Assembly (NCBI GenBank): GCA_040954595.2
Contig: CM082583.2
Coordinates: 4,889,374 to 4,953,373, forward strand
DNA length: 64,000 nucleotides
Direction of reading: 5' to 3'
DNA from: Balanoglossus misakiensis
Lineage: Eukaryota; Animalia; Hemichordata
The notes beneath the pieces are model-generated. The model did no database searches. It saw nothing but the letters and a program-made list of their open reading frames with translations, and was not told where the DNA came from. Position 1 is the stretch's first letter. Each line of letters begins with the position of its first letter. Positions 27,001 through 43,200 of this stretch are shown here, piece after piece. Position numbers and translations under genes: made by a program.

Positions 27001-30000
27001 TTTCGGTATTAGCCAATCCAAGTACCCAAAACACAATCAACTCGGTACAAAGACAAGCCATGGGTTTAAGCCGCATTCTTAAGACATCCAATGACAACAA
27101 GAGTCACGTATCTGTTGTCCGGGGGTAGAGACATTTTGACGCAATGCCCCAAATCGCACACCTCGGGCAGAAAATGACCACTGCCCGTGTTGACATAATA
27201 TCACCTTTCAGCCTGTGTACAGATCATCCAATCGGCACACACACAACGGATCGCCTTTCATTCTGCGTGCAGAGAGCCACCACTTCTATTCAATGCAGTG
27301 GCCAACAGGCCATTATTGTTGGTTACTGTGTGTGCGTGTTAAGTATCACGCCATGTCCGCGTACATAACTCTGTTCTCGGTTACAGCTCCTTGACATCCT
27401 GATTTTACCTGCGCTCATAGATCCTACCTCTGCCTTTCTTTCACCGAGTTGCAATCACAAGAACCTCTAGAATTCCAGGCAATGGACTCCGCAGCTGTCT
27501 GTTCATCCCCTGTTGCCAAACAGACAACAACAGATACTTGAAGTCACAGCACAGAAGACACTACACAATGCAGAAATCCCTCTCTCTATTAAAGCATCTT
27601 ACAGACTTACATTAAAGCCCTTCAAATTTGATTATCATTGCATGATCAGTTCCTTAATTTCTTTCTCTGGATTCAATACAACAAATGCTCATTGTTAAAT
27701 ATCTACTTCTCAGAAGATTCAAGTTTCCTTCGCAGATGTTTTGGGTATACGTTTGCGTTGGTCTAACAGTTGTATTCAGATAGAATGCTCTCAAGGAGAA
27801 AAACATTTCCATGGAAACTTTATCTTCTCTTTTCTCATACATATAGTCATCAAGTGTTTTGGGCAAAATATTGCATGTTAGTACGAAAAACAAACCAAAC
27901 ATCCACTGGTTACCTGGCAACACAGCCCTTCAACTGATTTGGAACAGAATCAAGATTATACATTCCCAGGTTGTCTTACAAATGGGATTTTGTCTAATGC
28001 TTTTCTTATAAATTTTTAATGCTGCACACGTGTGTTTGTGACAGAAAGTGTGTGGTTTCAATTCAGGGTTGCATTGCTCCAGATCTGCCGGTTTTCTTTC
28101 CTCTGATCTCAGATTTGAACATTGCAATATGAATTAAAGTTCTGTACTCAGACAATGCATCTTGATAGAGTTATTAAATTACTATAAAAGCTGAAAGTAT
28201 AGAAGAATTCTTATAAAGACTTTCTTCTCAGTATTATACCTGCAAATTTCATTATGGTTTTAGAGTTTGTGTTATGATACGAACCCAATCATTATCTTTT
28301 GAAACAATATTTTTCATGTCAAATGGCCAGAACATTTAGGAAGAAATATTCATTTTGAAATCAAGACGGTTTTACCCATGAAAGACGTGGCAGCAAACTA
28401 AATTCAAGGCGTCAAGAGTTGTAAGTCTACGCAAATAAATATAATCAAATTGAATATCATGGCCATTGTGTTATATGACACTATTAGCTCCCTTGCATTA
28501 TCATGGTCACACTGTAACCTAGCTCACAGGCACAATACATGCAAGAATGTATAGAAGAATGTTTGGAGCTTGTTGAAGTTTACTCTTGAACTTTGCAACA
28601 AGTTTGCTTTTGTGGTGATCATAGTTGTAGGTATCAAATAATGAATGATCACTCTGACTAATAACAGTGTAGGTAGTTGAAAATGTCTCCACTGTACGAC
28701 TTTTTGTGTCAACGACCACTGACCAATATGGCACACGTGGCTTGTATATATGTCCAGATAATTTATCACCCAGAGGTTATGCCCACGTTTTACAGGGACT
28801 GGACTCTCAGGCTCGTCAACGATATTGTAAAATGCACAAAAATTTCAAGTGGCAGGCTCCATTTCAAGGATTAGTAGTTATATTTGCCCTTTTTTTTGAG
28901 TTGACTACTGATTTCCAAACTGATACGGTTGGGGTCGTCAGGGAGACTTGGCAACAGTTTGTGTATTGCTAATAGATCTGTTTGTTTTCTTAAAGTGATC
29001 TGTGTGCTGTGACGTTTGTTTTGTGATCTGCGCTGTGACCAGCAGCCAAGCAGAGGTTTTGACAACCGGCAGCCGAGATTTTTGACGTTTCGACGTTAAA
29101 CTGTGCAAGTTGAAGGGTGGAAATCCCGCACAAAGACGACAAGTCCAGACTTGCCTCAAACCGTCTAACACTATACACTGCTATACAAACTTATCAGTGA
29201 CGGATAAACGACTCAATCGGCGCGCCATTGTCTGCAATTATAGCCATCGCTACCGCACACAAAATGCGTACAATCGAAAATTCACCAAAGTCTAATCGCG
29301 GAAAGCATTGCCCAGCAATGCAAGAGATAGGGGGTGTCACAAGGTGCATGCACCCTGGCTGTGGCAATTCATTGGTCTCTCGGGGTTCGAGACAATAGCT
29401 TGGAACACTGCCAAGGCGGTGATCCTAATACCCCAAGGTAGCAAGGTATACACGCATTCTAGAGTTACCATAAACGTCTCAAAGCTCAGGAATCCGCAGA
29501 CGGTTGTTACATAAAACTTTCCTGTAACACTATTCAATGGGTGGTGTGAAAATTTAATGTCATGGCGATTGTTCAAAACACCTCCAAGTAATATCATGTG
29601 ATATTGTTGTCAGGTCAGAATAGTGCAGCGACAAATATGCCAGCTATTTACTGTTGTTGGAAATTGAAGGATTCATTTGAAAAGAACCAGCAGTAGAACA
29701 ACCTGTTAAAATATCAAAAGAAATTTTTGCACTTGTTTCAAGTAACATGTAAATAACAAAATTTCACTCAGCATAAATGACTTTTTAAATGTACAAAATT
29801 TGTACCTATACTATACTGGATAGACTTTTCACAATCATTGAAATGTTTTAACAAAAACTTTCTTGTGGGTGAGTCGTTTCCTTCAGATGCAAAGCAGTTT
29901 TTTTCTTGACATCCGGCAGACTCGTATTTGCATGAATTCAAGCCACCATTGTGAGTTGTGCATTTGCATTGCGACAACTTCATTTGTTGCGGGGCACAAG

Positions 30001-33000
30001 CAATTGTCCAGCCTGACTTAACGTTTCAATTTTGAAATCCTAGCGCCTCCTGGAACCGTGCCAAAAACACCTTTGTGTTTGAATATTCCCTATCTTAGTA
30101 TCCCTTCAGTCGAGCAGCGTAAAAACACCGACCGTGGACTTCAGATCTTGAGACTTCAAATTCAGATCCATGCAAAGGTACAGATTGCCACTTTAAAAGC
30201 ACTTTACCGTGGTACTCAAAATTAAAAATCAAACACGTTTGCCACGGCAGACATATTTCCATACAATCATATTGATTTGAATTCCACGTGCCAGGTAAAC
30301 TGAAACAACAATCAATAACCTCACCTGCAGAAAGGGGAATATCACTTATTTTGTGACGATTGCATTAACCGGCGTCGTGTCTCTGGCAAGCTCTGGCATT
30401 CAAAAGACTTACAGCCGCCGGCAGTAAGTCACAGATCAGAAAACAATGGCGGAAAAGTACGACAGATTTACACTTGACCTAGTTTTAGGCTATTCTTTCA
30501 ACAGCAAGGTCATTTATGTGAACTTTGTTAAGGTGGCATTGCATGAAAAGTTGTGATTTTTGCCAAATTTTACTTTTTTACATAAATCGGTAGGCCTAAT
30601 ACTGACCCACAACCTGACTAATACGTCTTGGCGGAAATGGTGCATAATCACCCCAAAATAGCACTTTTCTGAATGAGTTCACAGCTTAACAAATAGGTGT
30701 CAACAATGCAAATAGCCGTTTTTCTCAGTTTGCATTTTCGCTGCTCTTGACAACTTCGGACTAAAATAGCTTCGCCCTGCGTTGGCCGAAATTGCTCAAA
30801 TTTTGACAGGGAATTGTGTATGACCCATCCAACAAAACGCTAGTTTTGTTTGTCGATAAAGTGTCCCTGGCGGGAATAAACTCTGATTCAATACAACTCA
30901 CCGTGAATTTGATCAAATTTTCTGAAAATCTAACTTTTAAACGCTGTTACTCCTCAATGGAAGCAGATAACACAAAACAAAATTAGCGTTTTTTTGCACG
31001 TGTACTCTAGTTTTGAATGACATATTAAGATGCATGATGCATGGTCAACTTTTTTACCTATTTTAAATTTCATGACATAATATCAAAAAATGTTTTTTTT
31101 CACCCAAAATCGCCACCATTTCCGGGGATCAATAATATTTGCAACTCAAACAAAAGTTCAAAATCTCAGCTTCCAGAATATATATGGTTTATGGGGGTTT
31201 TAACTTTTTCTTTGATGAGAAATAGGCCTCTGAAAAAGTCTCGACGGTTTCATGCAGTGCCACCTTAATACAATGTGGTACAGTCGGGTAACAGAAGATC
31301 TATATGCAATTCTTCTGGAAACATATGTTATTCTCAATAAATTTCATAGTTGAATGTCTATACTGAATAGAAAATGAAAGCATTTATTTCATTTTAAAAT
31401 TAAGAATATTTCTATATTGTATGCCTGATATTTTGATATTCTCCACACGTATGCACCAGAGAATTAATAGCCTGTAGTTATTTTGTAAAAAAAAAAAAGA
31501 ATTGTGCAAATGAAGTATTGATCTTTGTTTCTCTTTTCAAAAATCAGTCAATATTTTATTCTCTCTCTCTGGTAAAATTCCACACAAATATGGATGTGAG
31601 CAGCACTTTGTTGCTTTTGGTAGTTGTTGAAAACCAACAGATGTCAGAACAGCAAGAAACATATGTACATGCTTTAGGTGAGCACAGTACGGCCAGGCAT
31701 TTAATGCTTTATTAAAACTGATGGTCATTATCTTAAAGGGACAAAAGTCTCTCTCTTGCTGCCCTTTTTCCATTAATTATGTTCGATACAAGACGTGTTT
31801 CTACATGTGGATATATAGTAAATCAATGTTCGACCACACACAACTTCCATTCCGTTTGTAGGATATGAGAGTAAAACTCTTGCCAAAATGAATAAATGGT
31901 AGAGACCGATTATTCATTTTGGCGAGTTTTTCACTTTCGTGTCTACAAGTGAGACGGAAGTTGTGTGTGCTCGAACGTTGATTTACTATATGTCCACATG
32001 TAGAATAACATAAAAGGTGTCGTGTCTTATATCAAATATAAATAATGGAAAAACGGCAGCGAGAGAGAGACTTTGTACCTTTAATAATTGACAGTCCACA
32101 AAATGATAATGTTTGACTCGCACGAAGAGTTAACGACCAGAACTTATTCTTAGTGTCAGGAAGGGAAAAGAACGCACTTCCACGTAAATTACTAGCATTC
32201 ACATTTCTTTTGTTGGCAACAGAAAAACTGAAAAATGCTTCTCATTCATAGATATTGAAAACATCTATACAATTGCAATATTGCATACCCACACACTGAC
32301 GTCTTATTGTGGCATTGAACTCGAAGTATCGATATTAAAAAAACAATTTGTCCAGTCTCAACAGCATGTACTACTGACCTTGATTGATTTCGTTCATATA
32401 TCTTAGAATTGATATTTTTGTCAACAACTAGCTCTGCTATGAAAACCGTCTTTGATAATACTGTAAAACGGGTTATTTTCGCGAGCAATACATTTTCGTG
32501 AAATACACGAGAACCAAACCAACGTGAAAATAAAAAGTCACGTAAAAATGTTTTTCGGAGATAACAATGCAGTGAAATACGAGAATGCGAAAATTAATCC
32601 TCACGTAACAGTTGCTTCTTATGATATCGCAAAAATTTCCTGCCGCGAAAATAACCTGTTTTACAGTAATTTCTGGTGTAAATGTAAAAAACTATAGGTT
32701 TTATAATCGTTTTTTTTAGTGTATCCATCCATCATAAGAACATTTAATTTTTTACAGTCACTTCACAGCTGAACTATTACTTTAATGACCAATTGGAATA
32801 TCACATTAATTACATCATTAATCATTGTCCAAACCCGAAGTCAAATTAATTAATTCAAAAAACAGAACATACTTTTGTTACCAATTACCTTTAAAGGTAT
32901 ACTGTCACCTATGAAAATTTAGCTACAGTTACCATAGCAAATTGAGATTTAGCCAATCGCAGATTTTCAGTGGGTGGCACACGAGAAAAAAAGAGCGCCA

Positions 33001-34190
33001 CTATATATTCTTTAGAACACTCAGATACGCCATTTTTGCCATTTGTGGACAAATGTAAATTGGAGGTGACCGTGTACCTTTAAAGTACATGATTTTCATC
33101 AGCAATGCCACATATCAAGGAAACCGAATGTTTAATCTAACACTTTTTCACTCAGAGATTAACTCAAAACTTTTATTTTTATGTGGCTGTGTAGACCCAT
33201 TAAAAAACATTTGTTTGGTTTGAGTTCTATGCCATGACTTTTAGATCCCAGAAAAATCAACACTATAAATGAAGTTATAGGAAATGACCTGACCAGTGGG
33301 TCTGCTAGGAAATGTCCCACGTGCAGATGTCTATTAAATGGTTTCTAAAGCACTTTTAGTCACACAATACACCAATCAAAAAGGAAAACATTTCTACCCA
33401 GGGCCTTGCATGAAGTATATGTGTGCTGTCTTTTGAGCAAAGTACTTCTGGGGGGAAAGTGGGTAATAATAGTTTGAATCTAGTATGCTTTCATTTCCGT
33501 TAATGGCATTGTTGTACTAATATAATTAAAGGTGAAATTTGTGGTCATGAATCAAATTACAAAATGCACTTCGGTGGAATAGCTTTGCTAAATACCCTAT
33601 GAAGGCCCTTCTTAAAAAATCAAGCATGATGAAGAAGACTTGAAGTGATCATGGTGGTAGAACCACAGTGAAATTGTGGCATGTTGGAGCAATTTCAATT
33701 TTCACAATAAATTCAATTCAAAGTGTTAGTTAACTTTAAAGAACCATTGGGAAAATAAAGAGCTACCAGAAGTACCGCTGTCAGGTTGAATCACAATTTT
33801 GTAAAACAAAAGGGGAAAAAGTAAACGTTTTTAAAAGGAAAAGACGTGAAAAAATACCTGCAGTTGTTCGCGTAACTGTGAGGCACTCATCAGTTCAAAA
33901 CCATCATATAAATCCGAAAATCCCGTTTCTTCAGGCGCATCGTGGGATATCCGTAATATTTGGGCTGGTTCCGAGTACCCTCTGGTCGGGGTCGGTGGTC
34001 TCGATAGTCTGCCCTCTCTAGAAGTTGACCTGCTGAAGTGGGCATTTCCCGAGAGCGGGGGGATCTCCATGAAGCTACGCGAGCTTCTGTTGCTCAGATC
34101 TCCAAGTGATAGCCGGCCCACGTCGTTCCTGTAGCTACCGTTGAAATCTTCTCCCGGACCCGCGCCTGGGCGATCGCTCTCTGCTGCCAT
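61..34190 (-). CDS. Large multi-exon coiled-coil protein (golgin/centrosomal-like, unidentified), roughly 1350+ aa in window, 3' part continues beyond the window start
   Basis: GT-AG exons whose phases chain without a stop: 33858-34190 (ATG, MAAESDRPG...), 20963-21123, 17348-17618, 14858-14941, 13973-14070, 12635-12779, 12030-12143, 11623-11748, 11130-11297, 10736-10861, 10032-10199, 9446-9583, 8873-9034, 8264-8443, 7812-7891, 7342-7543, 6689-6933, 6122-6291, 5654-5845, 4583-4634, [1295-1513 optional], 85(or 61)-964. E/K/Q/L/R-rich heptad pattern after an S/P/R-rich N-terminus; CpG-rich first exon. No ortholog recognised. Confidence 0.85.
1295..1513 (-). CDS. Candidate acidic (poly-E/D) cassette exon of the coiled-coil gene
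   Basis: Strong polypyrimidine tract + CAG acceptor (tttcccctttaccttcccccttttaattcag), donor AG|GTCAGC, 219 nt, phase 2-2 matching the flanking exons 4583-4634 and 964; open frame QKRLKAGQFPIVVMAGGEDVSDEE...EEEEDLMEDTDGDS. Confidence 0.55.
2508..2539. mobile_element. 32-bp palindromic CA...TG insertion with 7-bp TSD (P-superfamily-like footprint/mini element)
   Basis: GTTCCAC-[CACGGTTACTAGAA GAAG TTCTAGTAACCGTG]-GTTCCAC: perfect 14-bp arms and a perfect 7-bp direct repeat. Confidence 0.7.
4184..4526. mobile_element. Palindromic Kolobok/T2-like MITE, family A copy 1
   Basis: TTAA TSD, termini AGGGACAAAGTCTCTCTCTCGCTGCCCTTTT...AAAAGGGCAGCGAGAGAGAGACTTTGTCCCT; homologous copies at 31737 and 48568. 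Confidence 0.9.
7682..7768. mobile_element. piggyBac-like ~85-bp mini-MITE, family B copy 1
   Basis: TTAA-CCCTTTCACC...GGTGAAGGGG-TTAA; similar copies at 16524, 17247, 43545. Confidence 0.8.
9772..9949. mobile_element. Tc1/pogo-like MITE remnant
   Basis: Inverted termini (..GTCAAACCTG / CAGGTTTGACTG-TA), internal repeated (G)CCACCT..TATA motifs; left end decayed; related fragment near 7254. Confidence 0.55.
13053..13838. mobile_element. PIF/Harbinger-like non-autonomous element with G-run subterminal repeats
   Basis: TAA TSD on both sides; TIR GGCTGCATTCACAAACACCTCTGGAGGGGGGG and its exact reverse complement; repeated GGGGGGGATTTGAAA units. Confidence 0.85.
15891..16412. mobile_element. PIF/Harbinger-like MITE with an internal ~45-50 bp degenerate tandem repeat
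   Basis: TAA TSD; imperfect TIR GGGCGACGTTTTTATTTTCTGTGTTTCTCATCTCC / GGAGATGAGAAACAAATAAAAAAAAAGGGTCACCC; three AAGAAATT...ACAG units at about 16115-16255. Confidence 0.75.
16524..16607. mobile_element. piggyBac-like mini-MITE family B copy 2 (opposite orientation)
   Basis: TTAA-CCCTTTCACC...GGTGAAAGGG-TTTT; interior matches the reverse complement of copy 1 (GGTCCAACCTTACCATAGAAAACA). Confidence 0.75.
17247..17336. mobile_element. piggyBac-like mini-MITE family B copy 3
   Basis: TTAA-CCCTTTCACCACCATGGTTCAGCCCAAA...GTTGGACCTCTATA...; ends about 11 nt from the donor of exon 17348-17618. Confidence 0.75.
21725..21789. repeat. 33-bp tandem duplication
   Basis: CTCGATGTCCCATTAAAGGAACACACTAGTGG present twice head-to-tail. 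Confidence 0.9.
21994..22620 (-). mobile_element. Possible Helitron/Helentron-like non-autonomous fragment
   Basis: Minus-strand ...TTCTAG followed by T-run at 21994, preceded by a short hairpin (AGCAACG-gtca-CGCTGCT, 22001-22018). The other end is not defined, so the right coordinate is approximate. Confidence 0.3.
30532..31264. mobile_element. Kolobok-like non-autonomous element
   Basis: TTAA TSD; TIR GGTGGCATTGCATGAAA / TTTCATGCAGTGCCACC. Confidence 0.8.
31737..32080. mobile_element. Palindromic Kolobok/T2-like MITE, family A copy 2
   Basis: TTAA TSD, AGGGACAAAAGTCTCTCT...AGAGAGACTTTGTACCT termini; colinear with copy 1. Confidence 0.9.
32461..32666. mobile_element. Tc1/mariner-like MITE
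   Basis: TA TSD; TIR CTGTAAAACGGGTTATTTTCGCG / CGCGAAAATAACCTGTTTTACAG. Confidence 0.8.
32895..33079. mobile_element. Kolobok/T2-like MITE (related decayed copy at about 23210-23340)
   Basis: TTAA TSD; AGGTATACTGTCACCT / AGGTGACCGTGTACCT termini; interior GTTACCAT..TAGCCAATC..CCATTT.TGGACA shared with 23210-23340. Confidence 0.7.
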
Positions 34191-37218
<3,028 letters not shown>

Positions 37219-40200
37219 ATGGCTCAGGGAGAAGAAGTTGGGTAAGTTACGTCCGATATTTCGTCGTGTCACGCGAGAAAAACGCACTTCTTTACATTTT
37301 GCAATATTTCATTCCATCTGCAAACCAGCGTGAAATCGGCAAGGCCGCTTGTGTACGTACACGGCCGCGCCGGTCCGGCCCTGGTTTGTTGGCATCGCGA
37401 GCATGTTAGCTTCACACAAATCCCGCGATAGATTCCGTCACATGGCTGTTTTAAAGCATGCAAAGTGTGTCTTGGATCGCGTTTTGAATTGATGCTGTGA
37501 TAGTTTTTGCAAGGGATCGCGTGAGGCCCTAGCAATGCAACCTACATTGAAATCGAGCGTGCGCGGATGTTGGTTGGCCAATATATTCCCGGTGTAGGGG
37601 TTGGTGGCGTCAGGCCATGTCCCGGGATGTCCTGCGGTTATTGGGTGTGGTGCGGTAGTTTGGAATAACCACAATACCCGATTCAATTGTATAAATGTAA
37701 CCCCTGGGAAAGTAGCATCACGAAGCCAGCTGTTAATTTCGATTCAAAGTTGGCGGAATTTTATTTATTTATTTGACCGACTAGCAATGGCAGCAAAGTC
37801 TGGCACTGGCACTGAGAGTCAAAGGCAATGCAGACAATTTGCTATTCAGCACTGCATCTTACCTTTGTTTGGGGAATATATGTACAGTCCATGGCGTAAA
37901 TTACATACTGACTTTTTATACTGTGAATTTTTTTGCTGACTTAGTTCACTAGTGGCACCTGGGCAATGTTAATCATTAATTTGTGAGGCGGCCATGCCAC
38001 TATATTTATAAACGTTTTCAGAGATTAATAAGCATGACCCCGAAATAATATTACATGGAAGGCTATCCAGGAAAGTTGTTCTTTGCCTTTCATGTATTGA
38101 TTTCCCATAACATTCATTTATCTGTGTAAAAATTAATGTTTTTTCAATATTACAGGAAGGTATTTGTCGGTGGCCTTAGTTGGGAGAGTTCCCAGGACAG
38201 TTTACGACAGCATTTCGCAAAGTTCGGGGAGGTGGTTGATTGTGTCATTATGACTGATCCAGTCACCCAAAGATCAAGAGGTTTCGGATTTGTGAAGTTC
38301 AAAGATCCAACTTGTGTTGAGACAGTCCTATCCAGCGGCCCACACATCCTGGATGGAAGAACGGTAATGTGCATATATATTGACTTTTTTATGCACTTTG
38401 TTAACAAGTAATACATTGAAATTGAGTATTTCATCATAAATACATCAGTCTCCTGAAGAAATATAAAAGTTGGTAGATCTGGATGAAACAATGCCAAAAA
38501 CTGATCCTTAGACGCTCTAGCTACTACAGAACAATGTGCAAAGGAGATCACATGATGCTGGTACAAATATTATTATCTACAATTTATAAATACTCTGGTC
38601 ATATTTCTCTCATTTCTGAGCGCAGCTTTATTTATTCTATCATACGAAGTCGGAGATATAGCCAAGTCAGTCATATGGGTGCTAGGCATTCATTTTATCA
38701 ATGTCATTTTATTGATTAAAAATCTAAATAAGAAATACTTAAAATCAAATCTATGATGCCTTCCATTAGTTTATTAGTGAATGAAATGGAAATGAAGTCA
38801 AGAATACAGATGATAATCTCAATAGAAAATGCAGTCTGATTGCTTGTAATTTTAAGACTGAATATTATGGCAGGTGCATTTACACGTAAGGTGTTATTTA
38901 GCTATTGGAATTGTCAAGGTTAATCTACTTACCTCACGACATGTACCTGAATATATTTTCTTGTAATTAAAGCATTTGAAGAAATATTTCAAGATTTTAG
39001 TGAATTTAATCAACAAAGTGGTATCATTTCCAGAACTCTGCATCTTTTCTAGATTTAGCTATGACATTTCCGAGCACAGTTGGAACCTAATCCCATATTT
39101 CATTAATTAATTAATTGATGAATTTTATTTCTAGATTGATCCAAAAGCATGCACACCGAGAAGTCAGCAGCAGAAAAGTCGACAGAGTGGGGGAAATTTC
39201 ACTGGCAGGGTAAAAAAAGTGTTCATTGGTGGCATTCCACCGAACTGCAACGAGGATGATATCACCAAGTTCTTTTCACAATTTGGCGAGGTGAGTCCAT
39301 ATTGTAGGCATCCAGGTATCGCTGTTGTCAATTTAATATTCATTGCCACATGTCCTTTCAGATCAGTGTATTGATCAAATGAATTTGCATTTGAAAAGGA
39401 TGCCCAGTCGGCTATATTAATAGCAATATTCTACATTATTATGGTAATTCTCCATTGCCCTCAACTGTGTCCTGTGGTTAATTGATATTTTTGATTGGAC
39501 TTAAAGGAGTGTTCCCTCTGCTGAATAATATCAGGCTGCTTGCTGACTATTTGTAAAATTATCATTGCCCGCCCGCCCTTCCGAGTTATTGTAGATAAGG
39601 ATACAAAAAAGTATAAATGTTAGTTTCAAACAAGCATTATAGTGTGTCGTCTTGGTCCTTGTGTGTCAAGGACCTTGAGATGTAACTGATACGCTTTAAC
39701 CATGAAAAATAAATGCAAATACGGTATAATAAATTGTGTTTGATTGCAGGTTACAGAGTTCATCATGATGTACGACCAACAGCAGAAAAGGCCGCGCGGT
39801 AAGTTTGCACTTGTCCCATCCCCCAAGAATAGCATAGGCATCGCTAGATACCACAGAAAAATTGTTCTTCATACGAGACAACTAATTCCAGCATTTTCGT
39901 GACTGCAGTGTCTGCCCAAATTTTGTTCTGTGGTACTTTGCAATGATTGGAAAAAGATATGAGTAGTGATAGGGAAACCAAATTTGCTGCAAGCTACATA
40001 CTACTGTGGAATTCATGTGTTCATTTGTCTCATGTGATGAACTAATAGTTATAATATCATAGCCTACAGAAATTACACCGAAATAATTTGTCACAAAGTC
40101 AACATTTAAAATGGATATTCATCACTCATTGCATGGGAGGGTAGTAGCTATTTATGGGTGGGATGTATATTAGCATTGTTTAATTTTGTATAAAAAGTAT

Positions 40201-43200
40201 ACAATAATATATTTAAATATTTATGCATGCGTTTATGGAGAGCATATAGCAAGTCATCCTTTTTGCAGTATTTTTGGGCCGGAAAAATAACAAAAAACCA
40301 AACCTTTCTAATGTGAACCTAAAGGTTCAAGCACATTTGTGTCTGTTTTAAAATATAAATCCATGTGCTTCAAAGTAAATTGCATTAATAATTCTTAACA
40401 CCACGTATCTGATGATATCCTATTCTATCATACTGGTTGCTGTATGCTCCGTGATTGTAAAATAGAAAATGGTTTGGTCTATTTGTTTGATATATAGTGT
40501 ATAATTTCTCTCTAATTTCACACAAGCAAATTACTTTCTGTACATAATGTATATGTATCACCCTGTACATGTATGTATATATTCTTTTTCCCAGATGTAT
40601 TCTATTTTATAGGTATCCAGCCTGTTATTGATATGACATAGATATCACAGATTGTCTGTAAAAACTGCTGCAATGTTATTGTTAAACATTCCTTGCTGTT
40701 ACCACAGTATATACATCTATATGTCAACAGAAAAAAAATGCATTGAATTTTATTTATTTTTGTGCAAGTATTTTGTTTTCATTTTGATTCATCATAAAGG
40801 GCTGCTTTCTTTCTTGGGTGTTCTGCTTTTTAATGGAAGCATGGCACAAATGCAAAATCCACTGATCAATCATAGCTGCATCTGGAGGTAGATGTCTTGT
40901 AGGCATTACTTCAGGAAAACATTTCTCTCACAATCTTTGCAAGATGTAGCACCTCTCTTCACCACTTCTGTCACATTTTGGGGGTTTCTGGTACTGAAAA
41001 CAAAGTGTTTTACATTTTGCACAACAACTTTGCAGTAGTTTTTACAGACTTCCAACAAGAGACTATTATGTATTCTGGTATTTATTTGTATCTCCTGTTG
41101 CTATGGTTACCATGCTGATGTTATATAGGCTTTGGCTTTTTGTCGTTCAACAACGAGGACATCGTGGAGAAAGTGTGCAGTATTCGTTACCACACCATCA
41201 ATGGCAAAACGGTGTAGTTGTAGTTCTATCTCTATTTCTTAAGTGCCCACGGAAGATCCGAGATCTGTGGCCAGCTGGGAGGGAAAATAGCAAACTCAGA
41301 AAATATTCCGTAGTGAAATTGCAGGCTGTGTCCTCCTGCATATCAGATTTGTAACATTATGCTCCAAAGTGATTTGCTATAAAGAAACAATGAATTAAAA
41401 TTATTGCCTGGCTATTTTCCGTACATGAGATTCTCCCGCTACATGAGATATTGGGTCTTCTCAATTTTGAGGAAACGATGTTGTTCCATCCACTGAATGG
41501 ATGTTTCTATTGTGTTTTCAACTGAACCCCACCTTACCTGGAAGTATAACGACATCAATATTCAACATTTCCTTTCTTAAAAATTATAAATAAATTACCA
41601 ACATCTGTTTGGATGGAACAATAACGTTAACTCATAAACCAATACAGAAATTTACACACAAAAACATCTATTGGCCTTTTTTTTTTATTTTCCGTTTTCT
41701 TTCATGCTTATGATTTTATTTTGTTTTGTTTTTAATTTTCCCCCTGGTTTCCATCAAGACTGCATAAATAAATACCTGTGTAAATAAGTTAAGTACTTGG
41801 AGCTGTAGATTGTCACCGTGAATTAATTAAGTTCATTTAATTCCAAATTGCAGCACACCAGACAAAGAGCTTATTAGAAGAGCAGAAAGTGTGATATAAT
41901 ACGTTTTAATAATTAAATATTTCTAAGCTACAGGGGTTATTGAAAATCTAATATCTTTCTGGTGTACATTTCTAGTAGTTTGATGTGATAGAATCTTCAA
42001 CTGGTAATTTGTGCACATATGAATTACGGATATAGTTATTTGTATAGAGCATGCTTTAATATGGTTAAGATCTGTGTTTTGGGTTTCCACCATAGTTACG
42101 TACGTGTCTTTGTATTCTACATACACTGATTATAGTTATTCTATAAGATAATCTTGTTTGTAATTCTAGAAAACTAGGCTCCAAGTAGTTTAATTTATTT
42201 AGTGGAAGATATATTTTTATCGGTTTATTTGTGTTGGCACACGTCTCAGTTGAACGGTGCATTTTGATTGTCTCTCTCAAATTCCGGAGACAAGTCCAGC
42301 AGACTCCGATTTCCAGTTTTGGCTACTACTAACTCAAAAAAAAAAGCTCCCAAAAATCAGAACACATAACACAACTTGTGCTCACGGATCTACCAGTGAA
42401 TGGATAGGTCTGTGAACATTTTTGTTGGGTTCTTGCTCTCTGAAGTGTAATTGGCTCGGCAAGAAATTTTATCCAGTTTTCACTGATATTACCTCGGTAC
42501 ATAATTTTATTCTTGGAAACTAATCAGAGTTGCTGTGTCAAATATTTTCTGACCACCGCTTCTCTTTGATGGAATGGTGGTGTTTTCTTCGGTGTGCCAG
42601 TTAGACATTCATAGAGTATGAACTTCATCGCTTCAAGAAAATGCAATCCATTATACTGACACCAGTGGGGGGGGGGGGGGGGGGGTCTGCCAGCGATCCT
42701 CCCTTATGGCAGTGAAAATCATGTGTGGCTAGTCCTAGTGCTGTAGAAACTGGGTGTGAACACTGAATGTGCAATTTCAGTTCCTCTCACAGTGTTTGTT
42801 ATACTTGCAGACATTATGCTGGCTACTGGAGACATGTATTTTTGGTTTGCATTTTACCTGAAAAGCATTTACTGCAACACAGTTTCAAGACTCGTTCAGA
42901 AATTATCCAGATATTTCTCGGCATGAAAAAGACCCCATACTCATTATTGACCTTGTACGCGATAATCTTTTCTCGTTTGAATATTGATCCTATGAAACTT
43001 TCAGGCTGTGTTGAATGATATAAGTCCTAGATGCTTTCCAATTACTGGTTTGTTTTGCATCCCTTCTTCATTTTGAAACTCCAAGAAATCATTACTATTT
43101 GGAAAGTTTTGGAAATTTGCATCAGGCCGATCGAGTCTTGAAACCTGCATGCTCTTTGCCGATGTGCGTTCTCAGTGGAACTCGTCTCTTACGAATTTGC

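Noticed and set aside
28500-29600. Cluster of short overlapping ORFs in intron 1 as a nested gene or LINE ORF1
   Set aside because: No splice-consistent model and no convincing domain motif; could be a decayed retroelement but I cannot support it.
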